A DNA stretch of 64,000 nucleotides from Octopus vulgaris. Taxonomy: Eukaryota. The first letter of the stretch is position 1; every line of letters starts with the position of its first letter. The position numbers were made by a program, and so were the translations under genes. The notes below the pieces were generated by a model. That model had not been told where the DNA came from and searched no databases. It saw nothing but the letters and a program-made list of their open reading frames with translations. Positions 28,291 through 41,917 of the stretch are shown piece after piece. The stretch spans positions 115,258,001 to 115,322,000 of the forward strand of contig OX597816.1 of assembly GCA_951406725.2 (NCBI GenBank), read 5' to 3'.

Positions 28291-29321
28291 TGTGTGTGTA
28301 TTTTGTAGGGAGTTCTACATTGATCAGATAATGTTTATTCATTGGATAACAAAACCATATATGTTAAATATTAAATATTCCCATCATGATAAATACATGT
28401 ACACTATTGCATGTATTTTCATTCATATACATGTAAATGCATACACACACATATATGTTAGTGTGTGTCTATATATATGCATATATTTATATATGTATAT
28501 ACATATGCACATGTTTATGTGTATATGTATAAAATATATGTTCATGCATATATAACAGATTCACATATGTATGTAGTTACATATTAATTTATATACATAT
28601 GTATGTAAACACACTTACACAGTCATACACAAACACACATATACACACATATAAACAAAATTCATTTAAATTGGCACATATAATAATTGAACCAAATTAG
28701 ATTGATAAATCACAAAGAACTAAACATTAGACATGTCAAATATTAGTTTTATCTAATTGAAAATATTTATTTTCATTATTTCAAACTTCCTTATTCAATT
28801 CTGTATTCAAATAACTATGGCAAACAGTTGAATGATTTTTCCTGCTACATCTTTTCAAAATAGATTTAGAAATACATATACATATTGCTTTTTAAATATT
28901 TTTATTAATGCAAAGCATTAAGAATTTTTTGGCATATTTTATATACACATATATTATGTGTGTACGTGTGTATTGAAAATATGCACACACACACATGCAT
29001 ATGTATATATATATATATGTATATATATATAGATACATAGATAGATGGATACAAATACATATATATATATATATACATACGTATGTGTGTGTACATATTT
29101 TCAATACATACATACACACACACATGCACACATGCATATATACACAAAATATATATATATATATATCATCATATATGTATGTGTGTGTGTGTATATAGAT
29201 ATAAGAATATATGCATGTACGGGTATATGTACATATATATTTGTATTGATAGGTATGCTTATATGCATATATGTATATATGTATATATATGTGTGAGTGT
29301 ATATGTGTTTGTGTGTTTATG

Positions 29322-29362
<41 letters not shown>

Positions 29363-29764
29363 GCATCCATAAATACAAATATATTCATGTGTGTTTTTGT
29401 ATGTGTTTTTGTGTGTGTGCATGTGTATTGGAAAGTGAATTGACATGGGTCAAGTAGAAGGAACTCAAAAGAAAATATTGTATTTTATATCATTTAATAC
29501 ATTTTTTAGTATTTTTCAAGTTGCTCCTCACAGTTTCCCTCACTGAATAGCATAATAATTTTTAAGATTTATCCAAGCATACCTTTATATCTTCATTTCA
29601 TACGAGACTTCACTAGTTTCACGGAGATTTGATACTGATGAAAGATGTAAATGTATTCATATGCTTACTGATTTATTTAGAGCATCGTAATTCTGAACAT
29701 TATGTTGTTGCTTGATAGACAAAATTCTAAGTAGCAAATGTGACTACTCTGAAAACTGTATTAA

Positions 29765-29984
29765 CCCTTTCGTTACTGTATTTATTTTGAGATGCTCTGT
29801 GTTTCTTTCAATTACTTTAAATATAATAAAGAATTTAGTAAAATAACTTAGTTATCATTCAGCTAGTGTTAGGAAAATAAATTGTGACTAAGATTTGGTG
29901 GAAGATTTTAATTCAAAACTTATGAAAACAAGACATTTGTACTCAGAGCCAGAGCCAGTTTCATCTGGGTTGGTAATGAAAGGG
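29765..29984. mobile_element. piggyBac-type MITE, 220 bp
   Basis: TTAA|CCCTTTCGTTAC ... GTAATGAAAGGG|TTAA (11/12 TIR match, TTAA duplication); related partial copy on the minus strand at about 60240-60395. Confidence 0.85.
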
Positions 29985-30381
29985 TTAAGTAATAAATTTC
30001 TTATACGATCATATATATCTATTCTTACACACACACACACATGCGCGTATATGAGTCAGGGCAGGTATCTTAGTGGTTAGAGTGTTGCACTCATGAATGC
30101 TAGATCATGAATTCACTTCCTGAACGAGACAGTTAAGTAAACCACTTCATTTCTTGTTGCTCTATGATCGTTTCAACATTTTTGATGTGTGGCACACTTA
30201 TGCACCTGTACAGACAATGTTGATTTGATGGAGGGAGCGAGCTTATGTAAACACAAATATTTGATCACTATAAATAAACCATTTCCATGGTTGTTCAGCA
30301 AAAAATTCCAGAACATTCATCCATCATCTAACAACAAGTCTGTAATATATATCTACATATATATTATGCTTATGGCCATAT

Positions 30382-30499
30382 GCTTACAGCCATATCATGT
30401 TGAAAGCACCGGTTCTCGTCCGATCACCAAAGTTGAGCAATGTCGAGCCTAGTTAGTACTTAGGTGGGTGACTGCTTGGGAAACCTAGGTGCTGTAAGC
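30382..30499 (+). pseudogene. full-length 5S rRNA copy, probably a pseudogene
   Basis: GCTTACAGCCATATCATGTTGAAAGCACCGGTTCTCGTCCGATCACC...GTTAGTACTT...GGGAAACCTAGGTGCTGTAAGC; ends GCTTACAGC/GCTGTAAGC form helix I; solitary, several apparent CpG transitions, no adjacent T-run. Confidence 0.88.
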
Positions 30500-30512
30500 G
30501 TCACACATTTTA

Positions 30513-30681
30513 GGCATAGGAGTGGCTGTGCGGTAAGTAGCTTGCTTACGAGCCACATAGTTCCGGGTTCAGTCCCATTGCATGGCACCTTGGGCAAGTG
30601 TCTTCTTCTATAGCCTTGGGTCAACCAAAGCCTTGTGAGTGGATTTGGTAGACAGAAACTGAAAGAAGCCTGTCGTATATA

Positions 30682-30738
<57 letters not shown>

Positions 30739-30957
30739 ATATGTTTGTGTGCCTGTGTTTGTCCCCCCAACATCACTTGACAACTGATGCTGGTGTGTTT
30801 ACGATTCCGTAACCTAGCAGCAGTTTGGCAAAAGAGACCGATAGAATAAGTACTAGGCTTACAAAGAATAAGTCCTGGGGTCGATTTGGTCCACTAAAGG
30901 TGGTACTCCAGCATTGCCACAGTCAAATGACTGAAACAAGTAAGGTAAGAGTAAGAG
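30513..30957 (+). mobile_element. SINE family 1 copy
   Basis: Complete head, CORE-like block, (TA)n and tail. Confidence 0.88.
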
Positions 30958-31204
30958 TATATATACATGTGTATGTATATGCACACACACACATATACTC
31001 ACATATATACACACTAATGCAGATGGAATCAAGCAGATTTTGGCAAAACAGATTACTCTGCAAAGTATTCCAGGCAATTCAGCTGGTCAATTCAACAGTT
31101 TTTACAACAATATGAATTTACATAATGTTATCAAATATGTTATGTAATGGATTCACACTCATGAATAAATCATGCTATTGAAATGTGTGTAGTGATCTTT
31201 GGAA

Positions 31205-32440
31205 CTATCCATGCTGGGCAAAGTTCAGAGAGCTTCTACCTTTGTTGGTAACAAACAGCCTATATCCCTCAGAGTGAAAGGCAAATTGTATGATGCCTGT
31301 GTTCAAACAGCTATACAACATGACAGTGAAACGTAGATTGTGATTGCAGAGGATGTGTGAAGGCTTGAAAGAAATGAAGCCAGCATGCCCTGCTGGATGG
31401 GTAATATCAGTGCGAATGTACAACAGGGTATAAATGTTTTAAGAGAAAAATTGGGTATAAGAGGAATCAGTTGTAATGTGCAAGAGAGAAGACTGTGCTG
31501 GTATGGTTATGTAATACATATGGGTGGGGACAGCTGCATGAGGAAATGCTAATCTCCTACTTTGGAGGGAACCTGTGAAAGAGGTTTACCAAGGAAGATG
31601 TGGGATGCAGTGGTGAGAAACAATTTTCATAAGTCGAGCCTCACAGAGGAGATGACAAAGGACCAAGGCAATTGAGAACTTGTGCTTGAGAAGCCACATC
31701 AAGCTAAGTAAAACCATGGCAGGCTATGCTTTGACCTCATGCACAAACACAATCTATTCTCTGTCAAAACTGCTCAGCAATCCATCTTTCCTACACATGT
31801 TCGACCATCCATGATCACTTTTCACTACCCACTGCAGACCCATCTGCTCTCCCTCAAGTGCCTATCCACACACATTCCATGCCCTTACATATCTACCATA
31901 TCCCACTACTAGCCACTCCAATATCTTTTACAAGCACTCCTCATTACAGTTACCTCTTCTTCATCTCTACATGGCCTTGCTTTTTGCTTTTTGAGCCAAA
32001 AAATTAACTTAACTTAACTCTAAGCATTTCCCTTCACACTCTTATGAAATATACCTCTCTATCCCCCTGTACCACTTATACTCCCACCACAACCGCTACC
32101 CACAAGTAAGCCCATGAAACATCGCCAACACCATCTACACATATCTCTCTCTCTCTCTCTCTTAATGTCTCTCTATCTTTCTCTCTAACCTTATCTCACC
32201 TTCCTCTCCCTTCCTTTCCTGCTGAGTTAGCCATGTATCTTTCCTATAGTAAGATGCTGATCTTTCTATTGTATTCTAACCTCTCAACTGACATAAACCC
32301 ACTTCCTGTGCTTCCACTCCCTCTCTGAGCAGAGAGGTCTTTGTCATGCAAGTTACCTGGTGACCCCACTGGTGTTAGTGTACATAAAAAAACCCACCCA
32401 GTACAAACTGGCATTACAGTTGGCATTACAAAAGGCCTTC
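31205..32440 (+). mobile_element. degenerate RTE LINE 3' part (ORF C-terminus plus 3'UTR)
   Basis: GKFRELLPLL..RVKGKLYDACV..RLERNEASM..LREKLGIRGI..VQERRLCWYGYV..GLPRKMWDAVV. Confidence 0.8.
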
Positions 32441-32882
32441 TGATTTCTATCATCATCATCATTATCCCCCAGCATTTTATTTTACCCAAAGCCAGAAACT
32501 TTTCAGCACCCTTCATATTATTGCTATTATTTTACTACTACTATTATTTTACTATGCCAGAAGTGATTATTTTTCATACTGAAATTTACTTAGGAGTATA
32601 TCCAAAGGTTTTATCTGTCACTGTATTTGTAAACTGAGCGTATTTGCTAAACACATAAGATAGACTAAATGCTTGTTATGTTTATACAATCTCATTGGAT
32701 ACAATAAAAGTCAAACTGTCTAAAAAAATGGTGCTTCAAATGATCTTATAACTTTATGAGAATCTATCTATCAACTTTAATGACTGTATTGAGTATTATA
32801 TCAGAGATATTTTTTTGCACTATGTAAAAACATATATTTATTTAATAACTCCTACATTACCACACATACTCAGACAGACAGA

Positions 32883-32926
<44 letters not shown>

Positions 32927-32984
32927 ACACACACACACACCTAAATACATACATCTGCAAATATAACCTATATGTACCATATAT

Positions 32985-33330
32985 AACGGGAAGCTTTATG
33001 AAAATAGACAAAAGACGAAGGCAGGTGGAAAACAAACAAACAATTGTATTAGTATGGCGCTCAGGAAATATAAATAAAACAAGTCTTTAACGTTTCGAGC
33101 CTACGCTCTTCAACAGAAAGATACACAGAGAGAAAAAAAACACAGAAAGAAGGAGAGAAAAAAATGCGTGCAGTAACTAACGAATCAACATGGCGATCTG
33201 ATTTCGGCCAGAGGTCAAAGATCAAACATGAGACGCGAGAGCGAAATAAGGGGAGATAATAGGGTTGATAATAGGGTTGAATGACCAGCTATTAGTGCGT
33301 AGGACAGGTCTGGACGTGTGTATGTATAGG
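32985..33330 (-). mobile_element. Penelope-like terminal fragment carrying a minimal hammerhead-like motif
   Basis: Homologous to 12001-12180, CpG-rich (young), bounded by TA/TG runs. Confidence 0.6.
33084..33121 (-). ncRNA. minimal type I hammerhead-like ribozyme, core variant CUGUUGA
   Basis: UCUUU-CUGUUGA-A-GAGC-GUAG-GCUC-GAAA-CG-UU-AAAGA: perfect 5 bp stem I, 4 bp stem II, loopless palindromic stem III. Confidence 0.65.
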
Positions 33331-33365
33331 GTTGGTGTATGTATTAGTATGTATTAGTATGTATA

Positions 33366-33406
<41 letters not shown>

Positions 33407-33414
33407 AGAGAGTG

Positions 33415-33832
33415 GGTAAGTGTCTTCTACTATAGCCTTGGGTCAACCAAAGCCTTGTGAGTGGATTTGGTAGACGGAAACTGAAAGAAGCCCATCACCA
33501 TTGCCAGTGTTCCTGACTGGCTCCCTGTGCCTGTGACACGTAAAAAGCACCATCCAAACATGGTCGTTAAACAATGATGATGATGATGATGATGATATGT
33601 GTATGTGTGTGTGTGTGTGTGTGCATATGTTTCTGTGTCTTTGTTTGTCCCTGCAACATCGCTTGACAATCAATGGTGGTATGTTTACATCCCCATAACT
33701 TAGCAGCTCGGCAAAAGAAACTGATAGAATAGGTACTAGGCTTACAAAGAATAAGTCCTGGGGTCAATATGCTTGACTAAAGATGGTATCCCATTCATGG
33801 TGGCAGTCAAACAACTGAAACAAATAAAAGAA
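33415..33832 (+). mobile_element. SINE family 1 copy with an RTE-tail fragment in its central tract
   Basis: SINE 5' part to 33495, then CACGTAAAAAGCACCATCC...GTTAAACAA(TGA)n at 33500-33595, then SINE 3' half. Confidence 0.75.
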
Positions 33833-35106
33833 TATACATACATATATATATATACATACACACAGAAGTAAATAGATAAATATAGATATAGGTATACATA
33901 CACATATACATACACGTACATGTATATAAATATAAATATATATAAATATACACACAAACACATGCATGCATCTATGTGCATAGTATATGTGCTTATGCAT
34001 ATGCAAACATTAAGATATGACTCAATTAGCCCAATCTGATTGGATTAATGAAGGCCAATACTCAAGAAAGAAAAGAAGAAAAAAACTGTTTTCGTTGTGT
34101 TCATTTTGATACATGAGAGTATTTTGCATTGCTTCTATATACAATCAATCAAGAACATAAGTTATCACCCTTGTGATGACCTAACCATGTTTTCTCTCTG
34201 TATTTTAGGTCTGTTTGGGCAGACAGCATGTCTGCACAGAATTCATTTTCTTCATGAAAACTGTTCTAAAATACAAACTATGATTGGTTAAAGAGGCTAT
34301 TGAACATTTGTCTTCTATGACATAGTTCGAATTGTTCTAGCAGTTATCATTCACTATCCACTTAAATATGCTCATTGGGATCTTTATCACATATTTACCA
34401 TACATGCATATGTTTATGGTGGGGCTGTGAAGGATGAGGGCTGGAAATGTGTCTGATGTGTCTGGTGAATGTGTGTGTGTGTTTGTGTGTTTGTGTGTGT
34501 GTGCATAAGCTTCTTTTGTGCATATGTAGTCATGTATTTATAACAATATGTGTGCTATGAGTTAGAAGAAACATTGCAGAAAAATGACATGATTTTTTTA
34601 ATCTAATCTCACTACAGTGTTGCAAGTAGTGTGCAGAAAGATAATCAAATTGTAGTAGAGCTATATTTTGGAAATAATCTAGTTTAATACTGGTTTGAAG
34701 ACAACAATTCTTAGTTCAAATCCCATTCAACTTATTTTTATCTCTGGAGGTATTTGCCTTTGGGAAAATAAATCTTTGAGTCACTAGCTCAAATATCTTG
34801 TTAAGCATAACTATTTTCTCTGTTATAACTGAATAAAGTTTCTTTGAGTTTTCTATTGAAGTATATATATATATATCATTATTGATCTTTGTCGTTTATG
34901 TTCATACCACTGGCCACTCTAAATTATGTCTCTTAGCAGCTCATGTTCATTTAACTTATGCAAATTACTCTAGGCTGTAAATTTTTTCCTTTTTGTATAT
35001 ATCTACTTGATCTGTCATTTTAATAGTCTTTGTCCAATGGTTTTCATAAAATCTTTTGTCGATTGTGACACCAGTTGTTTCTATTACTATCCGTCCAAAG
35101 ATAGTG

Positions 35107-35645
35107 GAGATGCATGGCTTTGTGGTTAGAGTGTAGGCATCATGATCGTAAGATTGTGGTTTCGATTCCTGGACTGGGCGACACATCGTGTTCTTGAGCA
35201 AAACACTTCGTTTCACATTGCTCCAGTCCACTCAGCTGGCAAAAATGAGTAACACTGTGATGGACTGGCGTCCCGTCCAGCTGGGGAACACATACGCCAT
35301 TGAAACCGGGCCCATGAGCCTGGCTAGGCTTTAAAAGGCTGCATTTATATCATGTAGTGGAGGCACATGGCCCAGTGGTTAGAGCAGCGGACTTGCAGTT
35401 GAGGGATTGTGGGTTCGAATCTCAGACCGGGAAATGTGTGTGTTTATGAGCAAAACACCTCCAGCAGAAGGTAATGGTGAACCTCTTCTGACGCTTTCGC
35501 CACAACTTTCTCTCACTCTTTCCTCCTGCATCTTGCTGCTCACCTGCAACGGACCGGCATCCTGTCCAGATGGGTAACCTATACACCAAGGAAACTGGGA
35601 AACCAGCCCTTATGAGCCAGGCGTGGCTCGAGAAGGAACAAACAA
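35107..35645 (+). mobile_element. two adjacent family 3 SINEs (35107-35347 and 35380-35645)
   Basis: tRNA heads (GTGGTTAGAG, GTTTCGATTCC or GGTTCGAATC), TGAGCAAAACAC block, GATGGACTGGCGTCCCGTCCAG V-like block. Confidence 0.8.
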
Positions 35646-36959
35646 AAAAAAGTCCAAAGGTATATGTGTCTATCAGTGAAATGTACTTATATTACTTGCT
35701 TTGTTCACTTGGTTTGCCTCAGGTGTTGTGTTGTGTGCCTGTACAGCCACAACAGATGCTGTACCACCATTAGCAGCTGACACAATTTCTCTAGGTGCAG
35801 ATCCATGGTCTCTCAAGATCGCCGGATGCTAACTAATTTGTTGTATATACATAAAGACATTACTCTCAAATGGTCTAGTTTATCTTTCAAATTTGGAACA
35901 GCTCACTTCTCTTGGAAATACCAGCTGTGATATGTTGAATAGTGTTTTATTACTATTATTAGCTGGCCCCATGCCATAAAAAATTATGGCAAATTGTAGT
36001 ATTTTATATATAAATATGATTGATAAATCAAACTAGTACACTTGTCAATGTTATTTAGAGGTTGTCTTTTGAGATGCAAGATCGATCATCATTCATTAGT
36101 GAAAGAACGCTGGTTCATACATACAAATATTCACATGTTTCCCTTGTACACGCACACACATACATATACTCACACAGAGTTGAAACATTGTTTGATTTTT
36201 CTTTTCAATGTTGAATGTTCACTATACCACTTCTATTGCAGACACACATACAGGCACACAAACATTCAAATACCTCCCTTTCACATACACACACATATAC
36301 TTACACAGAGTCATAACACTCCCTCTACTAGCTTGCCATCACCTCTTCTTTCTTGATTTATCTATCACCCCTTCCTTTCTCATTCAAATGTTGCGATGGA
36401 GAAATACACAAGTGTATTATTATAGTAGATTGTTGTTGAGGGTGACAAACAAAATGTGTCAACAGTATTTGTTCTGAGTTCAAACTCTGTCAACACCAAA
36501 ATTGTTTTTCACCTTATCATCCCTGTTTTGATACATATAGCATCAATCAAGTTTGGGTGTCTATAGCATCAACCATTCCTCCCCACCACAAATTTCTGGT
36601 CGTGTGCTTATGTCAGAAATTTTTATTCAACATTGGTAGTTATTCTGAATCATTACAACTTCAAACAAAAGTCTGGTTGCATTTCTGAGTTCAAATCCTG
36701 CCAAGGCCAAATTTACTTTTTATCTTTCTAGGGTTGTTAAAACATCAGTCAAATAGTAGGTCAGTTTAACTGACTAACCTTTTCTCAAATTTCTGGCCCT
36801 GTGTTATTGCTAAAATTAATAATCAAGTAGTCACATCAAAGATGTGTTTCACAATGTCATACCTAGAATCTCTGTCCCCCACTCCATTAGATTTAGTTGT
36901 GCCTCACTCTCCTCATATGTGTCTGTTAATAATATTCTTTAACTACTAAGGTAAGGTAA

Positions 36960-37210
36960 AGTTACCTTTACATGTCATGCCGACTCAAAAGTGTTAGTTT
37001 TCCGTTTTCATGGCATGTATATTCCCTACCTGGATGGGACACTAGTCCATTGCAGGATTACTTATTTTTGCCAGCTGAGTAGACTGGAGCAACATGAAAG
37101 AAAGTGTTTTGCTCAAGAACACAATGTGCTGTTACCCAGTCCAGGAATGAAAATCACAATCTTACAAACATGAGCCCAGTACCCTAACCACCAAGCCATG
37201 TGCCTCCACT
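36960..37210 (-). mobile_element. family 3 SINE (head B, tail 2)
   Basis: Similar to 62480-62730. Confidence 0.7.
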
Positions 37211-39265
37211 TTCTTAACTACTCACCTCCACTACATCCATAGTACCCCAACAAAACATCTACTGCTCTTAATACACCACATCTCACATATATTCCCAATC
37301 ATTACATATCATTCCATGTTATCTGAAATGTTTACCACCAGATCAACACAGTTCTAACTATGACAATTCAGTTTTATTATTTTTCTCAGGCATATTTTAT
37401 GTAGGACAACATTCTCTAACATCTCCTTGCCTGTCTTTTTTGTTCTTTTCTTTTTTTTATTTGAATTGGTAGGGCGGGATTTGAGGAAATTTGTCAGTTA
37501 TTTCTAGCAGGCTGGACACTCATGTTGAGCTACCGTTACTGATTCAGTTCCTTACATGACATTCGCTTAACCCATCTTTTCTATGACTCGCTGCTGTTTT
37601 TATGATGACACTAGGCCTCAGTGGAAGGAAACGGTACATCGGTGACATTTTTCAGACAGCTTCTAATGATACAAGTTACAACTTCAAAATGATTCCACAC
37701 AGCTAACATCAGTTGTCACCTGTTGGAATATCTCCTTCATCTCTGACTATTTAATTTTTGATTTTTAAACTTTTATGAAATACTTTCATGTAAAATTCCA
37801 GTTCCCAAATTGCAAAGGCATACCTTTCAAAGTTAAAGACAGCTCAGCTCTGCTTTTCAATTTTGATGTCCTTCTCAATTCTTTTGGCAATATTGCGAAG
37901 TATAAATTTCTGATGATGTGCTGAATTTCCCCCCATTTTTTTATATCATTTCCTGTCATCAATTTCTTTCCTATAAATTATTATTTAATTTGTTTTGTTT
38001 TCTCAATGCATATATTTTTTTCCCACGATTTTCTTGATTTTTTTTTATTCATTTAAAATGTTTATTTCCAAATTTTTAAAAACTTTAAAATTTTGCTATC
38101 TTATGCTATTAAAATTTACTCTACTGTATTGAATTTTTTTACCATTTTCTTTTAATACAGAATATTGAAAAAGACAGCTTAGTCTTATTTGTGTAATGCT
38201 CTTTCATCTTGTGTGTGTACATGTGTGTATATATATATATTCATACATATACACCATGTGCAGATATATAAAGATATATATATACACACACACACATATT
38301 TATATATCACATACATATAATTTTTTTATGTATAGTAATATAAAAAACATTCAAACATTAAAGTGAAGAATCTCTCAATACTTTTCAGTAGAATATCATA
38401 ATAACCACCATCACCTCAATCATCATCACACCACCACCACCTCCACCACCACCATCATCATCACCAACATCACTATCATCATCGTTGTCATCATTGTCAT
38501 TGTCGTCGTCATCATCATCATTTTAATGCCCATTTTTCCATGTTTGCATGGGGCCAATGAAATTCATTGGGGCAGATTTTCTATGGGATGGAAACCTTTC
38601 CTTTAATATTAACTCTCAACTGTTACCAAATTAGACAACATTTCCTTTTGCTACTACTGCAAAAGGGCTGCATTTTAGGGAAGATTGTAACTGAACAATA
38701 CCACTTATACGATGGTAGCATTCGTTTTCAACCAGTTTCTGATCTCAAGGCAAGGAAACACAAACACACACTTCTTCCCATACACATATTCATACATGTT
38801 CATTATTCTTTTATTCTTTCACTTGTTTCAGTCATTTGACTGCGGCCATGCTGGAGCACCACCTTTAGTCGAACAAATCAACCTCAGGACTTATTCTTTC
38901 TAAGCTTAGTACTTATTCTGTTGAACTGCTAAGTTACAGAGACATAAACACACTAACATCGGTTGTCAAGTGATGGTGGGAGGACTAAAACAAATGACTG
39001 GAGCCTGGTGCAGCTCTCTGGTTACCAGCCCCAGTCTAAAAATGAATGTTAAATGATGATGTTAATGGTGAAGGTGATATGTATACATACAGAAAGTGGG
39101 CATCTTTCATTTTCCACTTCACTAAATACAAGACTTTGTTTACCAATGCCTATAGTAGAACTAACTTGTCCAAGGCTTCACACAGTAAGATTTTTACCAG
39201 AGAAAAGTTAAAAATATATTTTTTTAAAAAGGAAGATAACTACATTCAGGAATACATACATATAC

Positions 39266-39296
<31 letters not shown>

Positions 39297-39300
<4 letters not shown>

Positions 39301-39935
39301 TCAATCTTATACATAAATGGCAATTTCTGTCTGTCTGTTACCATCTAGGTGCCTATACCAGCAAGCCAATCTTCACAAAACATTGCATACATGCTTAAAC
39401 TAACATCCAGTTCAATTATAGGCTCATTGGATTTCAATAAAAATCAATAATAAGCCCACTATGGGGTTGGGCTATTATGAGATAAAATGAGAAGGGTGCA
39501 AGAAGTGTTAGGTTGGGGGAAATGTAATGGTATAATGAGAGTGGCTGATATCAGGGAAGGGGAGGAGACAGGGAATGTGAGAAACAGAGAGAGAGAGAGA
39601 ACGAGAGATGGGGACAGAGCAGGAAAGAGAGAATGTGTTTACTGAAGGGAACAATGGATTTTAATAGTTTATTTTTTAATTTTTACCTCTCAATTAACAC
39701 ATGCGCTTTAGTGAATTAGCTATCGTAAGCTCAGTCAAACCTTTTGTAATATGTTCAACAACAGATGTTAAACTAACAAGTGAAAGGCAAAGTGTTTTTA
39801 TATTTGTTTCCAAATCACTGTATTAAGATTTATTAAAAATTTACCAATGTACTGATACAATAACACCATAGATAATGCCTTTCATTTTGTACCATACAGG
39901 AATAGCCCATTGTTGTCAGGTAGTTTTTACAATAG
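39297..39935 (+). mobile_element. degenerate non-autonomous Helitron-like element
   Basis: A|TC start with AATTTCTGTCTGTCTG resembling the 5' end of the 57948-58847 element; 3' end eroded. Confidence 0.35.
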
Positions 39936-40189
39936 AATGTCTTATATATATATATATACAAATTTTTGTTTATTCCATGTCAGATCATGCCTTCCTTGAT
40001 AGATAGGCCGATTGATCAGGACAGATTTTTGTAATTTTTCGCAAAAATATTCCATGACTATCTTTCCCCTTTTACAATTATTTACATGTTTCTTTGACCG
40101 TTTCATATGACTTTATTCATTAAAACATATAAAAACTTCAGAAGTTCTTACAACTTTTATCATCATGATTTTGCTGACATTTTGTGATA

Positions 40190-40715
40190 GACAGCTATCA
40201 TGCAGAAACTGCCAGCTTCCAAATCCTGTTTTCTTATTAGATAAAATTGATTAAACTTTAAACCCCAGTAACATTTTACTGCAATTTTTCGGAACAAATA
40301 AATAACAAAATCGGATTTAATGAGGAAAATTATTTCAATATACCATATTTGAAAATTTTGACGTAATTTTAAAATTTCACAATGTGACAGTAACAGGGAA
40401 GACCCTCAAAATTTATAATAATCAACCATCAATCAATTGTTTTATAGTCATGCATCGTCAATCCTTTCATACTTCCAACTATCCACCAATTCAACTTTGA
40501 TATTACCTTACCATTACAATCAATCAGTTTTATTATTCAACTGTATTACTTGCCAGTATCTGTAAATCTATCACACGTCACTGTGTATTTGTAAATCTAT
40601 TTGTAATTTAAACAGGATTTGAACAGGGAATGGAATAGGACATGAAACAGTGTAATGGGAACGGAAACTGGAAATAACCCCCACTTTTCCAGTAATTACT
40701 GGATAATTCAGCTAG
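40190..40715 (+). mobile_element. non-autonomous Helitron-like 3' part
   Basis: Ends CCCCACTTTTCCAGT-AATT-ACTGGA-TAATTCAG-CTAG|T (hairpin then CTAG); homologous to the 57948 end; 5' limit uncertain. Confidence 0.6.
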
Positions 40716-40774
40716 TATGTATATATATATTTCCAGTTTCAATTCCCATTATATATATATATATATATATTTAC

Positions 40775-40848
<74 letters not shown>

Positions 40849-41391
40849 CTATATATATGTGCATTATAATAATATATATATTTCATTCCACTCTTCGTCC
40901 TTTCATTCTCCTTCTCTCAAATTTCCTGGCCTTCTCATCATGCTCACTTTCCCTCTTTCGCTTCACTGTGTCCCTTTCATTTTTTTCTCGACCCTCCTTA
41001 ATTCTTCTATCCCTCAGCCTCTACCTCTCTCTCTCTTCTCTCCCCACGTGACCGGTGTTTGGTCAGGCCTGACCTTTCTTTCTTGGTTGGACTACCATCT
41101 GTGCAAGATCTATATTCCTCCCTGTGCCTGTCCAATCTTATGTCCCTGCCATAAAGCTTTACTTCCACACATGCCAGCTTAATTTAATTCGTCCTTAGTC
41201 AAAAGACACCTATTGTTATGTCCTGTTAATTGCATTTGTTATTGTGTAACATTCTCCACTTTTTCGTCCTTGTTTTCGTATATGTATATATATATATATA
41301 TATATAGATAATTGAGATTCAGTTGAATTAGGTACTTAAGTTGAAGCACCAAGTTAGTGTGGTATCTGTACAACTCAAAGTAAGGTAAATA

Positions 41392-41917
41392 AAATCAAAA
41401 TAAGCAACAGGATATCAAGAAATGATATCAGTACAACTGTTTCAAGTGACTTCATTTAATTGAACAATGCAATCATTACATCAATTTAAATGCAAAGCTG
41501 CATAAATAAATAGAATCCTGACAATATTTATGACCATACCCAACTATATACGGTCATCTTACTCTCTCTATCCATTCTAAACAGATATTGTCCTCTACCT
41601 TTATATTTGGTAGTTGATAAAAAAGATAAATAAATTAAAAGTGAACCACAATCATTTACAAGCTATGACCCTAACAAACTTCATACAGTTCTTAGAAGTG
41701 TAGTATATTCTGAGTCACATTAGTAGCAACATGGACTTTCTCCCTCTTCTTGGGTAATATTATATTAAAGTGTCCAACTGATTAAAAACTCTATTTATTT
41801 ATGTAGCTGATGATAGCCCTGCATTTAAATCGATGTAATGATTGCGTTGTTCAATAAAATGGAGCCACTTGAAATAGTCGTACTGCATCACCTCTTGATA
41901 TCCTGTTGCTTATTTTG

